From the NCBI GenBank assembly GCA_031399525.1, contig JANNOZ010000016.1, positions 259,309 through 323,308 on the forward strand: 64,000 nt of DNA, given 5' to 3'. Position 1 is the stretch's first letter, and every line of letters starts with the position of its first letter. Below, piece by piece: positions 20,650-30,332 of the stretch. Source of the stretch: Actinomycetes bacterium (GTDB lineage Bacteria; Actinomycetota; Acidimicrobiia; Acidimicrobiales; CADCSY01). Below the pieces are notes generated by a model. That model was given only the letters and a program-made list of their open reading frames with translations. It did not search any database and was not told where the DNA came from. A program made the translations under genes and the position numbers.

Positions 20650-22207
20650 TCACCACCGATGCCGCTCCGGCCGAGTTCGGCGGACCGAGGTCGGTGATCC
20701 ACACGAGGACCGATTGGCCTGCGGTTCCCCCGAGCTCGACGTCGGTGGTGCCTGCGGACAGGTTGCTGATCGTCGCCACCGGGGAACCCCAAGCACTCAA
20801 CTCCCGCTCGATGGCCCCGGAGGTGGTCTCGCTCACGTAGACGGTCGCCGACCAGCCGGAATCGGGGGTCTCGATGGTCACGCGATCGAGGGCGTGTACA
20901 CCCGCGATGACGACGACCAGTCCGACACCGGGCGACTCGCCGTCACTTCGCTTCACCTGGGCGAGCGGGGCGAGGTACTCCTCGGTCGACCACGTCGTGG
21001 CCGACCGGTCGTCGGCGATGGCGCCTGTGTCCTCGGGGTGTTCAGCACCGTCACCGAGCGGGTCGAACGAACGGGAGTCGATGACCGGTACCGACTGGGC
21101 CGGCGCGGCCTCTTCGAGGCCTATCCGATCAAGTAGGTCACGACCGGGCTCGGTTCGGGCCAGGACGGCGAGGACCAGGCCCAGGACGACAGCGACAGCG
21201 GTCACGGTGACTGCAGTGGCCCACCACTCGGGACGTCGGGTCCGTCGCATCGACGAGAGGGTCGATCTCGGCGGTGGCGCTGGGCCACTGGGGGTGGTGG
21301 GGAGCACCCGCGCCGGATGGGGCTGGGCCGCCGCGCTGGTGGCACTAGCAACCGTGGTGGCGTCGGCCACGTGGCCCGGCGTTCGATCGAGCAATGCCGT
21401 CTGGAGCTCGGCGGCCGAGCGGTAGCGGTCTTCGGGCTCTCGGGCCATGGCCCGCAGCACGGTGGCTTCGAACCAGGGGGGGATGTCGGGTCGGTGGCTC
21501 CGCAGCGGTTCGGGTGGTGACGTGAGCCGGGCCAGTGCGACAGCGGTGCCCGAACCCGCGAACGGTGGTTGACCGCAGACCGCCTCGTAGAGCACGACAC
21601 CGAGCGAGTACACGTCGGATCGGCCGTCGACCGAGCCGCCGCGGAGCTGCTCGGGCGAGAGGTACTTGGCGGTGCCGACGACCTGGCCGACCTCGGTCAG
21701 ATCGGCGTCGGTCTCGGCCGCTTTGGCGATGCCGAAGTCGGTGACCACGACCCGGCCGTCGGGTGCCAGCACGATGTTGGCCGGCTTGACGTCACGATGC
21801 ACCAGACCGTGGTGGTGGGCATGGCTCAACGCGGCCGCCACCTGGGCGCCGACCTCGGTGGCTTCGGCGACGCTGAGTGGCCCCCGTTCGTCGAGCGCCT
21901 GACGCAGGGTGGGTCCTTGGAGGAGCTCCATGACGATGGCCTCGCCGTGGTGCTCGTGGCACGTGTCGTAGATGCGCACGACGTTGGGGTGCGACAGCCG
22001 GGCCGCCGACTGGCCCTCTCGTCGGAAGCGGGCGACGAACGCGGGGTCGTCAGCCAGATGGTCGAGGAGGATCTTGACGGCGACTTGGCGTCCGAGGAGT
22101 TCGTCGGTCGCCTCCCAGACCTCCGCCATTCCGCCCTTGGCCAGCTCCCGCACGAGGCGGTACCGACCGGCCAGGAGCTGTCCGGCGAGGACCGGGCTGG
22201 CGGCCAA
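20624..22207 (-). CDS. transmembrane Ser/Thr protein kinase with extracellular jelly-roll/carbohydrate-binding-like domain
   Basis: 527-aa ORF. Intact Hanks motifs (VAVKIL, HRDVKPANIV, DFGIAKA, GTAKYLSPEQ). One TM (WWATAVTVTAVAVVLGLVLAVLA). C-terminal FDPLGDGAEHPEDTGAIADDRSATTWSTEEY domain. Confidence 0.9.
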   Translation of the reverse strand: MAASPVLAGQLLAGRYRLVRELAKGGMAEVWEATDELLGRQVAVKILLDHLADDPAFVARFRREGQSAARLSHPNVVRIYDTCHEHHGEAIVMELLQGPTLRQALDERGPLSVAEATEVGAQVAAALSHAHHHGLVHRDVKPANIVLAPDGRVVVTDFGIAKAAETDADLTEVGQVVGTAKYLSPEQLRGGSVDGRSDVYSLGVVLYEAVCGQPPFAGSGTAVALARLTSPPEPLRSHRPDIPPWFEATVLRAMAREPEDRYRSAAELQTALLDRTPGHVADATTVASATSAAAQPHPARVLPTTPSGPAPPPRSTLSSMRRTRRPEWWATAVTVTAVAVVLGLVLAVLARTEPGRDLLDRIGLEEAAPAQSVPVIDSRSFDPLGDGAEHPEDTGAIADDRSATTWSTEEYLAPLAQVKRSDGESPGVGLVVVIAGVHALDRVTIETPDSGWSATVYVSETTSGAIERELSAWGSPVATISNLSAGTTDVELGGTAGQSVLVWITDLGPPNSAGAASVVIAELSLWS

Positions 22208-22210
22208 CGG

Positions 22211-23044
22211 TCAGCCCGGGGCCAGGAACGCCAGCCCGATGCCACCTGGCCCGGTGTGCACGCCCACGACCGGCCCGAGCGGCACGACCTCGACGTCGTC
22301 GATCCCCGCCTCGTGGAGGCGATCGACCAGCACACCCACGTCGGGTGCCTCACCGTGGATGACCGCCAGGCGCTCGAGCCCCGGGTGAGCGGTGGCGACG
22401 TCGACGAGGTACTGCAGGGCCTTGCCTCGGGTGCGGGTCTTGGCCGCCTCTTCCACGACGCCGTCGATGATCGTGATCACCGGTTTGATGGAGAGCAGGC
22501 TCCCGAGGGCCGCCCGGGCCCCTCCGATACGCCCGCCGCGCTTGAGATACTCGAGTGTGTCGAGGCTTCCGTATACCCGGCTTCGGGGGGAGAGGTCGGT
22601 GACCAATGCTTCGACCGTGTCGGCGTCGGCACCCGCGGCGGCGGCCTCGGCGGCGGCGACGACGAGCGCGCCGAGTCCCCAGGTGACCGACGCCGAGTCG
22701 AGAACCCGGACATCACGGTCGGGCATGGTGGCCGCCGCCGTTCGCGCCGCCTGGATGGTGGCGGACAGCGCGCCGGACAGGTTGATCGAGATGACGGTGC
22801 TGGCTCCACCTTCGAAGGCGGCCTCGAAAGCAGCCACGAAGGCTCCCGGCGCCGGGGCTGCGGTCTCGGGCATGACCGTCGACGCAGCCAGCTTCTCGTA
22901 GAACTCAGCCACGTCGAGGTCGACGCCATCGGTGTACTCGTCTTGACCGAATCGGATCGAGAGCGGGACGACCGTGATCGCCAGACCTTGTCGGCGTTCG
23001 ACGGTGAGGTCCGACGAGCTGTCGGTGACGAAGTGGATTGTCAT
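22211..23044 (-). CDS. DegV family fatty-acid-binding protein
   Basis: 277-aa ORF. MTIHFVTDSSSDL N-terminus and SGALSATIQAA motif, typical of DegV/FakB. Confidence 0.9.
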   Translation of the reverse strand: MTIHFVTDSSSDLTVERRQGLAITVVPLSIRFGQDEYTDGVDLDVAEFYEKLAASTVMPETAAPAPGAFVAAFEAAFEGGASTVISINLSGALSATIQAARTAAATMPDRDVRVLDSASVTWGLGALVVAAAEAAAAGADADTVEALVTDLSPRSRVYGSLDTLEYLKRGGRIGGARAALGSLLSIKPVITIIDGVVEEAAKTRTRGKALQYLVDVATAHPGLERLAVIHGEAPDVGVLVDRLHEAGIDDVEVVPLGPVVGVHTGPGGIGLAFLAPG

Positions 23045-23092
23045 GGTCTCCGGGTGGGCCGACGGCCCGGGTCGGTAAGTGGTCCAGGAACG

Positions 23093-25102
23093 CTACGTCG
23101 CCACGGAGGTCTCGTGGCGCCGACGCCGAGCTCGGCGCCACTCCCTTCCCCACCACAGGAGCAGGAAGGTCACGGCCATCACCGACAACCCGACCCCGAC
23201 TCCGGAGATGGCGGTGGAGTGCACGGTGATGACCTGTCGATCGAGTTCGACCCTGTCGTCGCTGGAGTGGACCGAGACTTCGAGCGGGAAGGTCAGGAAT
23301 GCACCGGGTGCCCGTACCGAGACGGCGACCGGCAGCGACGTCTGTGCGCCAATCAGATCGACCTGCGTGCGGTAGCGACCCGGGGTCGCCGATTCGGCGC
23401 CCTCGAAGGCCAGCTGGTCCGACTGCAGCTCGACGGTGACCGTCAGTGGTTGCCCAGTGGCGTTGGTGATCGAGATGGGGATGACGCCGTCGCGGGCGGT
23501 GAGTCGATAGCTCCCCTGGTCGACGCGCACGCTCGAGGTGATGGACCGGACGCGGACGTCCACCACGGCCAGGCCGGCTCGGCGCTGCGCGTCAGTGAGG
23601 CCTCGTCCTTCGCTGGCCAGGACCAGGCGCTCACCGGACGACGACGCCGTGGGATCGCCGGTGACGCTGACCAGTTGGGCCAGGCCATCGCGGGCTTCGC
23701 GCACCGCGTCGCCATCGATCGGCGCTCCTGACCGAGTCCCGTCGTCGACGGTCGAGCGGACCAGGTCGGTGCTGCCCGACCGCTCGGCCGGTAGGTCCAG
23801 GACGTCGGTGACCGTCCTCGACCGCAGGACCGGCGAACTGGCCAGTCCGGTGGCCAGCGTGTCGACGAAGGCCGCCGTGGGCGCCCAGGTCGACGCCGGA
23901 ACGAGGACCGTGCCGCGGGCCTGGCCCGGACGGTCGAAGAAGAGTACGGCCAGCTCGGCCAGGAGCTGGGTGGCGTCGAGGGCGTCGGCGTCGTCGGTGA
24001 AGCGGGCGTCGAGGTCGGCGTCGGCCGACGCGGCCCGGACCCGACGGTCGCCCACTTCGAGGGAGAACGGACTGGCCAAGGTGATCGATCGCTGGATCGG
24101 CTCGTAGGACGACTCGGGGAGCACGACCTTGGTGATGCCCTGGTCGAGAAGCGCTTCGGCGCCCGGTGTCCCGACGTCGCCGTCGTCCACCCAGAGATCG
24201 GCGCTGGTCGCGACGCCGAGCGACGCCTCGATCGCGTCGGCGCCAGTGTCGAGCTGGAGTCCGAGGTCGTCCGGCACTCCAGCATCGAGAAGAGCCTCGG
24301 GCTGGACGTCGGCGTAGCCCCGCTGAACGACCTGACCCCGTCGGACGAGGACGCGAAGGTCGTCGATGACATCGGCCGCGTTCGGGTCGTCGGCGAGGAC
24401 GTCCAGCGTGTGGGCATCGATGACCCAGGTCACCGCCACGGCTTGCTCGTCGAGCCCAGCCAGGAGGATGCGCAACGAGCGCAGTCCGGCGTCGGTCACT
24501 CGCTCGGTGCCGTCATCAGCCACCTCGGTCTCGGCGGTGATCGCCTGGGCCCAGGCCACGTCGAAGGTGGACAATCCGGAGCCGTCCGGCACTCGGACGA
24601 TGTAGGTCGTGAAGCCACTGGTCAGCTCGGCCTCGGTCAGCTTCACCGACACCGGATAGACGCCGCCTTGGGCCTGCGTGGCGAAGCTCCCGAGCTGCTC
24701 CGGCCCGATCGTGACGGTGACCGCGCCGGAGCTGTCCGGGGCGAGATCGGCGACTGGTTGGACCGACTGGGCGACGATCGAGCCGAAGTCGGCATCGGAC
24801 AGCGTCGCCTGGAACTGGTCGCGTGAACGAACGACCGAGTGCAGGGCGACGGACAACGTGGAGGAGGCCAGGTCGGTTGCCTGGGGGAGGCGGATCTGGA
24901 TCTGGACGGCCTCGCCGTTTCGCACCCAGATGGTCTGGCTCACCAGGGTCGGCCCGCTCGTACGGCCCTCACTCGGTGCGGCCGCCTCGTTCGAGGACGC
25001 CGTGGTGGAAGTGACCGAGACGTCGTCGGCTCCGGCGAAGCGCGGTGCGCCGACGACGGCCAGGGCCACGGCGACGATCAGGGCGGTGGCACGTCGGGTC
25101 AC
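23093..25102 (-). CDS. large exported protein with C-terminal TM anchor (Rv3909/DUF6049-like)
   Basis: Track ORF 23093..25234. Start set to GTG 25102 (VTRRATALIVAVALAVVGAPRFAGADD signal peptide). C-terminal TM plus basic tail (GVGLSVMAVTFLLLWWGREWRRARRRR). Family name from memory. Confidence 0.7.
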   Translation of the reverse strand: MTRRATALIVAVALAVVGAPRFAGADDVSVTSTTASSNEAAAPSEGRTSGPTLVSQTIWVRNGEAVQIQIRLPQATDLASSTLSVALHSVVRSRDQFQATLSDADFGSIVAQSVQPVADLAPDSSGAVTVTIGPEQLGSFATQAQGGVYPVSVKLTEAELTSGFTTYIVRVPDGSGLSTFDVAWAQAITAETEVADDGTERVTDAGLRSLRILLAGLDEQAVAVTWVIDAHTLDVLADDPNAADVIDDLRVLVRRGQVVQRGYADVQPEALLDAGVPDDLGLQLDTGADAIEASLGVATSADLWVDDGDVGTPGAEALLDQGITKVVLPESSYEPIQRSITLASPFSLEVGDRRVRAASADADLDARFTDDADALDATQLLAELAVLFFDRPGQARGTVLVPASTWAPTAAFVDTLATGLASSPVLRSRTVTDVLDLPAERSGSTDLVRSTVDDGTRSGAPIDGDAVREARDGLAQLVSVTGDPTASSSGERLVLASEGRGLTDAQRRAGLAVVDVRVRSITSSVRVDQGSYRLTARDGVIPISITNATGQPLTVTVELQSDQLAFEGAESATPGRYRTQVDLIGAQTSLPVAVSVRAPGAFLTFPLEVSVHSSDDRVELDRQVITVHSTAISGVGVGLSVMAVTFLLLWWGREWRRARRRRHETSVAT

Positions 25103-25160
25103 GCGGGCCAGCCTGGTCCACCGAACGGTCGCCTGGTGGTCGGGTCGGGCCGCGGTCGGG

Positions 25161-25826
25161 TCACGCCGTGGGCCGGGAGGGGGACAAGGCGAGCGTGAGC
25201 ACGGCGAGCCGCTCGTGGGCCAGAGAGAACCCAAGGCCCTGGTAGAGCGAGAGGGCTCGCTGGTTGCCGACCTGGGTGTTGACGACGGCGTCGATCGCTC
25301 CCCGGTGGCGCAGCCAGTCCAGACCGTCGATCGCCAGTGCCCGTCCGAGGCCGCCGCCCTGGCGTCGGGGGTCGACGGCCAGGCGCTGGAGGAAGCCCCG
25401 GGTGCCCGCCCGCCCCGTAATGGCGTAGCCGGTCACGCGACGGCCAGCCCGCCAACCGCCTCGGGTCACCCGGAACCTCCTCGACGGGGTCGCCGAGAGG
25501 GTGTCGGCCAAACCCGAGCGATCGAGCCGCCAAAAGGTCTGGAAGGCCGCGTGATCGACGGCGAGCACTCCTCGTCGGTCTGACCCGCTCCACACCCGAC
25601 CGATCGGGGCGGGGGGTGGCGCCGGCACGTCGCGCAGGTCGTGCACGAGGAGGAGGAGCTCCTCGCGCACCTCGAAGCCGGCCTCGAGGAACGGAACCTG
25701 CTCGAGAGGGTGCAACGCGCCGGTCACGACCTGGCGGAAGCCTTTGGTAGCCAATTCGGCACACGCAGTCGTCACCGCCGCGGGTGAGGGAAGGGCCCGC
25801 TCGTCCGCTGGTGTGAGATAGGCCAC
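25161..25826 (-). CDS. GNAT family N-acetyltransferase
   Basis: Track ORF 25161..26039. Acetyl-CoA pocket QRLAVDPRRQGGGLGRAL. Start uncertain. GTG 25826 (VAYLTPADE) was chosen to avoid overlapping the divergent pilT start. Confidence 0.75.
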   Translation of the reverse strand: MAYLTPADERALPSPAAVTTACAELATKGFRQVVTGALHPLEQVPFLEAGFEVREELLLLVHDLRDVPAPPPAPIGRVWSGSDRRGVLAVDHAAFQTFWRLDRSGLADTLSATPSRRFRVTRGGWRAGRRVTGYAITGRAGTRGFLQRLAVDPRRQGGGLGRALAIDGLDWLRHRGAIDAVVNTQVGNQRALSLYQGLGFSLAHERLAVLTLALSPSRPTA

Positions 25827-26019
25827 TTGGTGCTCGGCCCGCCAGGTCCCGGAGCGCAGCGCCCGCTTGGCGTTTCGCGTGTCGGACCGGGTCACCCGCC
25901 GGAGGCTAGCCAGCGGCTCGTCCGACGTCGGGCGCTCAGGTTTGCGGCTCGACGAGCCGATGAAGAAGCCCGTGAGCACGCATACGAGCACCTCCCCGAG
26001 CGTGTCCGGGACCGACGCC

Positions 26020-27111
26020 ATGGCCGGCCCGGACCTCACCGAGCTGTTGCGCTATCTCACCGATCAGCGAGGCTCGGATCTCCACCTCAAGGCCGGCTCG
26101 GCGCCGCACGTCCGCGTCGATGGTCGACTCGTGGCTGCCCCCTACGACCCGCTGAGCCCCGCCGACCTCGAACGGATCGCGTTTGCCGTGCTGCCCCCCG
26201 CCCGAGCCGACGAGTTCGTCGCGACCAATGAGGCCGACTTTGCTCTCGGGATCCCCAACCTCGGTCGGTTTCGGGTGAACGCATACCGCCAACGGGGCAC
26301 GGTCGGGTTGGTGTTCCGTCGAGTGCTCCCGGGCATCCCCTCCTTCGACGCTCTGGGCCTGCCCTCGGCGGTCCAGACCCTGGCCGATGAGCCTCGGGGG
26401 CTGGTGTTGGTGACGGGGCCGACAGGCTCGGGGAAGACGACCTCGATCGCCGCCATGATCGACTACATCAACCAGACGCGGGCCGTCAACATCATGACCA
26501 TCGAGGACCCGATCGAGGTGCTCCACGTCGACAAGATGGGCCTCGTGAGCCAGCGGGAGGTCGGCACTGACACCGCCGACTTCGCCGAGGCGATGCGCCG
26601 GGTCCTGCGCCAGGACCCAGACGTGATCTTCGTGGGCGAGATGCGCGACCCGGAGACCGTGGCGGCCGGTCTGGCTGCGGCTGAGACCGGGCACCTCGTG
26701 TTGTCCACCCTGCACACGTCGAGCACCGTGGAGACGGTCAACCGCATCGTCGACTTCTTCCCCGCCTACCAGCACAAGCAGATCCGCTTGAGCCTGGCGT
26801 CGTCCCTTCGGGGCATCGTCAGCCAACGGCTGCTCGAGCGGGCCGACGGTCGGGGTCGGGTCCCGGCGGTCGAGATCCTCGTCAACACCGGAAGGGTGTT
26901 CGATCGCATCGTCGACCCCGAGACGCCGGGCGACTCGATCGCCGACCTGGTGGCCGAGGGGGAGTACTACGGGATGCAGAGCTTCGACCAGAGCCTGTTC
27001 GCGCTCTACCGAGACGGGATGGTGAGCCTCCGAGACGCCATGTCGGTGGCATCCAACCCCCACGATTTCCGGATCAGCCTGCAGCAGGCGGGCTTGTCGG
27101 TCTCGTTCTGA
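26020..27111 (+). CDS. pilT: type IV pilus twitching-motility/retraction ATPase PilT
   Basis: Track ORF 25867..27111. ATG 26020 gives MAGPDLTELLRYLTDQRGSDLHLKAGS. Walker A GPTGSGKTT, Asp box, Walker B DVIFVGEMRD, His box LVLSTLHT. Confidence 0.92.
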   Translation: MAGPDLTELLRYLTDQRGSDLHLKAGSAPHVRVDGRLVAAPYDPLSPADLERIAFAVLPPARADEFVATNEADFALGIPNLGRFRVNAYRQRGTVGLVFRRVLPGIPSFDALGLPSAVQTLADEPRGLVLVTGPTGSGKTTSIAAMIDYINQTRAVNIMTIEDPIEVLHVDKMGLVSQREVGTDTADFAEAMRRVLRQDPDVIFVGEMRDPETVAAGLAAAETGHLVLSTLHTSSTVETVNRIVDFFPAYQHKQIRLSLASSLRGIVSQRLLERADGRGRVPAVEILVNTGRVFDRIVDPETPGDSIADLVAEGEYYGMQSFDQSLFALYRDGMVSLRDAMSVASNPHDFRISLQQAGLSVSF

Positions 27112-27149
27112 ACGCCGGGGGCCTTACCCGCCGTCGCTAGCCTTCGGCG

Positions 27150-28544
27150 GTGATTCCCGACCGCGTCCAGCCGGTGCTCGACGAGCTGAAGCCGCTGGCC
27201 GCCCGCTTCACTGGTGCCGGCCACCGCCTCTATGTGGTGGGGGGAACAGTTCGAGATCTGCTGCTCGGTCGCGAGCTGGCCCACGCCGACTACGACCTGA
27301 CCACCGACGCTCGCCCCGACCAGATCGAGGGTCTGCTCTCGGGCTGGGCCGATTCGGTGTGGACCCAAGGGAAGCGCTTCGGGACCATTGGCGGTCGAAA
27401 GGACGGTCGGACCTACGAGATCACGACCCATCGGGCCGAGGTCTACCGACCCGAGTCGCGCAAGCCCGAGGTGGCCTTCGCCGACGCGGTCGAACACGAC
27501 CTGGTGCGTCGCGACTTCACCGTCAACGCCATGGCGCTGGCCGTGCCCGACCCGGTCCTGGTCGACCCCACAGGGGGCGCCGCCGACCTGGCCGCGGGAC
27601 GGCTCCGCACCCCCCTCGATCCCGAGGTGTCCTTCGAGGACGATCCGTTGCGAATGCTGCGGGCGGCTCGGTTCATCGCCGGCTACGACCTGGCGCCCGA
27701 CCCGGCGCTGGTCGAGGCGGTCAAGTCCATGGCCGAGCGCCTGTCGATCGTCTCGGCCGAACGCATCAGAGACGAGCTCGACCGGCTGATGGTGGTCCCT
27801 CGCCCCGCGGCCGGGCTGTGGTTCCTGGTCGAGACCGGCCTGGCCGAGGAGTTCCTCCCCGAGCTGCCGGCGATGGCCCTCGAGCAAGATCCGATCCACT
27901 CTCACAAGGACGTTTTGGCCCACACCATCGCCGTGGTGGCCAAGACCCAGCCTGAACGGATCGTCCGCCTCGCCGCCCTCTTCCACGACGTGGCCAAGCC
28001 GAAGACCCGTTCGTTCGGTCCCGGGTCCAAGGTGAGCTTCCACCACCACGAGGTGGTCGGCGCCCGAATGACCCGCGACCGGATGCGCACGTTGCGCTAT
28101 CCCAACGACGACATAGACCGGGTCAGCCGTCTCGTCGAGCTGCACCTGCGTTTCCACACCTACAAGATGGGCTGGACCGACAGCGCGGTTCGTCGCTACG
28201 TGCGAGATGCCGGACCTCTGTTGACCCAACTCAACGAGCTCACCCGGTGCGATTGCACGACCCGCAACCAGCGTCGGGCCGCAGAGCTGTCCCGGCGCAT
28301 GGACGACCTCGAGGTGCGGATCGCTGAGTTGGCGGCTCGTGAGGAGCTGGAGGCGGTCCGGCCCGACCTCGATGGCGTCGCCATCATGGAGCACCTGGGG
28401 ATCGGCCCCGGCCCCGAGGTGGGCCAGGCCTTGGCCTACCTCCTCGAGATTCGCCTCGAGGAAGGGCCGCTCGGCGACATCGAGGCTCGTCGGCGACTCG
28501 ATGGGTGGTGGGCGGCCCGACAGGAAGGGCGGCCGGCCTCGTAG
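27150..28544 (+). CDS. cca: CCA-adding tRNA nucleotidyltransferase / poly(A) polymerase family (PcnA-like) with HD domain
   Basis: 464-aa ORF. GGTVRDLLLGR ... DYDLTT nucleotidyltransferase motif, RDFTVNAMA, HD region AALFHDVAKP. Confidence 0.9.
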   Translation: MIPDRVQPVLDELKPLAARFTGAGHRLYVVGGTVRDLLLGRELAHADYDLTTDARPDQIEGLLSGWADSVWTQGKRFGTIGGRKDGRTYEITTHRAEVYRPESRKPEVAFADAVEHDLVRRDFTVNAMALAVPDPVLVDPTGGAADLAAGRLRTPLDPEVSFEDDPLRMLRAARFIAGYDLAPDPALVEAVKSMAERLSIVSAERIRDELDRLMVVPRPAAGLWFLVETGLAEEFLPELPAMALEQDPIHSHKDVLAHTIAVVAKTQPERIVRLAALFHDVAKPKTRSFGPGSKVSFHHHEVVGARMTRDRMRTLRYPNDDIDRVSRLVELHLRFHTYKMGWTDSAVRRYVRDAGPLLTQLNELTRCDCTTRNQRRAAELSRRMDDLEVRIAELAAREELEAVRPDLDGVAIMEHLGIGPGPEVGQALAYLLEIRLEEGPLGDIEARRRLDGWWAARQEGRPAS

Positions 28545-28579
28545 CCTGACCTCCAAGAAACGAGGCGGAGGTCACCGAA

Positions 28580-29230
28580 ATGTCGTTCTTCTTCCGCAAG
28601 CCCGTCGAGATGGTCACCCGCGAGACGGCCCTGCCCGGTCGGATCGACGTCATGGCGGTTCCCGAGGTTCACCACGTGTTGGGTCGGGCCCTGACCCCGC
28701 CGTGGCCCGAGGGTACCGAGACCGCAGTCGTGGCCATGGGCTGCTTCTGGGGAGCCGAAAAGGCGTTCTGGTCGTTGCCGGGGGTCTGGAGCACGGCGGT
28801 GGGCTATGCCGGTGGGTACAGCCCCAACCCCACCTATGAGGAGGTGTGCTCGGGCCAGACCGGTCACACCGAGGCCGTCCTCATCGTGTTCGACCCGACC
28901 GTTCTCTCCTACGACGAGGTGCTCAAGGTCTTCTGGGAGGGCCACGATCCCACCCAGGGCATGCGCCAAGGCAACGACGTCGGTACCCAGTACCGCTCGG
29001 CTGCGTATTGGGCCGATGATGCCCAGCGGGAAGCGATCGAACGCAGTCAGGTCGCGTACCAGGAGCGGCTGAGCGCCGCCGGTTACGGCCAGATCACCAC
29101 CGAGGTGGCTCGAGCCGGCTCGTTCTTCTACGCCGAGGGCTACCACCAGCAGTACCTCTCGAAGAACCCCAGCGGCTACTGCGGCCTCGGGGGCACGGGC
29201 GTCAGCTGCCCGGTCGGTCTCGGGGCGTAG
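28580..29230 (+). CDS. msrA: peptide-methionine (S)-S-oxide reductase MsrA
   Basis: 216-aa ORF with GCFWGAE active-site motif. Confidence 0.95.
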   Translation: MSFFFRKPVEMVTRETALPGRIDVMAVPEVHHVLGRALTPPWPEGTETAVVAMGCFWGAEKAFWSLPGVWSTAVGYAGGYSPNPTYEEVCSGQTGHTEAVLIVFDPTVLSYDEVLKVFWEGHDPTQGMRQGNDVGTQYRSAAYWADDAQREAIERSQVAYQERLSAAGYGQITTEVARAGSFFYAEGYHQQYLSKNPSGYCGLGGTGVSCPVGLGA

Positions 29231-29261
29231 TCGATCGACCCGTCGCGTCCAGGCGAGGTGC

Positions 29262-30332
29262 TCAGATGCCGGCGGAGAAGTCCTCGACCATCTTGTGGGC
29301 GACGTCGTCGTGGTACTGCACGGGCGGCGATTTCATGAAGTAGGCCGACGGTCCGAGTAGCGGGCCGCCGATGCCCCGGTCGAGCGCTACCTTGGCGCAG
29401 CGGACCGCGTCGATGATGACCCCGGCCGAGTTGGGCGAGTCCCACACCTCGAGCTTGAGCTCGACGTTGAGCGGCACGTCGCCGAAGTTTCGGCCCTCGA
29501 GGCGGATGTACGCCCACTTGCGGTCATCCAGCCAGGCCACGTGGTCGGACGGCCCGATATGGACGTCGTGGGCATCGATGCCGTTGTCGAGCTGGCTGGT
29601 CACGGACTGGGTCTTCGAGATCTTCTTCGACTCGAGGCGATCACGCTCGAGCATGTTCTTGAAGTCCATGTTGCCGCCCACGTTGAGCTGGTAGGTCCGA
29701 TCGAGGACCAACCCCCGGTCCTCGAACAGGCGGGCGAGGATGCGGTGGACGATGGTGGCGCCGACCTGGCTCTTGATGTCGTCGCCGATGATCGGCACCC
29801 CGGCATCGGTGAAGCGCTGGGCCCACTCGGGGTTGCTGGCGATGAAGACCGGGATGGCGTTGACGAAGCCGACGCCGGCGTCGAGGCAGGCCTGGGCGTA
29901 GTAGCGCTGGGCTTGCTCGGAACCGACCGGGAGGTAGGACACGAGGACCTCGGCCCCCGACGCCCGGAGGGCTTCGGCGACGTCGACGGGCTCGGCCGGG
30001 CTCTCCTCGCAGGCCTCTCGGTAGTACTTGCCGAAGCCGTCGAGGGTCGGCCCTCGCTGCACGGTCACACCCAGATCGCCCACCGAGGCGAAGCGGATCG
30101 TGTTGTTCTGACCGGCGAAGATGGCCTTGCCGGCGTCGAGGCCGACCTTGCTGGCGTCGACGTCGAACGCCGCCACCAGCTCGATGTCCCGGATGTGGTA
30201 GCCGCCGAGCACGACATGCATGAGGCCGGGCACGGTCGTGTCCGGTTCGGCCTCGCGGTAGTACTCGAGGCCCTGCAGCAGCGAGCTGGCGCAGTTGCCC
30301 ATGCCAGCGATGGCCAGCTTGATGGTGCTCAT
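29262..30332 (-). CDS. ino1: inositol-3-phosphate synthase
   Basis: 356-aa [29 protein letters not shown]-terminus, as in actinobacterial Ino1. padR neighbour. Confidence 0.93.
   Translation of the reverse strand: MSTIKLAIAGMGNCASSLLQGLEYYREAEPDTTVPGLMHVVLGGYHIRDIELVAAFDVDASKVGLDAGKAIFAGQNNTIRFASVGDLGVTVQRGPTLDGFGKYYREACEESPAEPVDVAEALRASGAEVLVSYLPVGSEQAQRYYAQACLDAGVGFVNAIPVFIASNPEWAQRFTDAGVPIIGDDIKSQVGATIVHRILARLFEDRGLVLDRTYQLNVGGNMDFKNMLERDRLESKKISKTQSVTSQLDNGIDAHDVHIGPSDHVAWLDDRKWAYIRLEGRNFGDVPLNVELKLEVWDSPNSAGVIIDAVRCAKVALDRGIGGPLLGPSAYFMKSPPVQYHDDVAHKMVEDFSAGI

Noticed and set aside
21569-23731. 720-aa plus-strand ORF
   Set aside because: Antisense to the Ser/Thr kinase, DegV and the Rv3909-like gene. 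Arg/Gly/Asp-rich nonsense translation.
27006-28556. 516-aa minus-strand ORF
   Set aside because: Antisense to the CCA-adding enzyme gene. No motifs.
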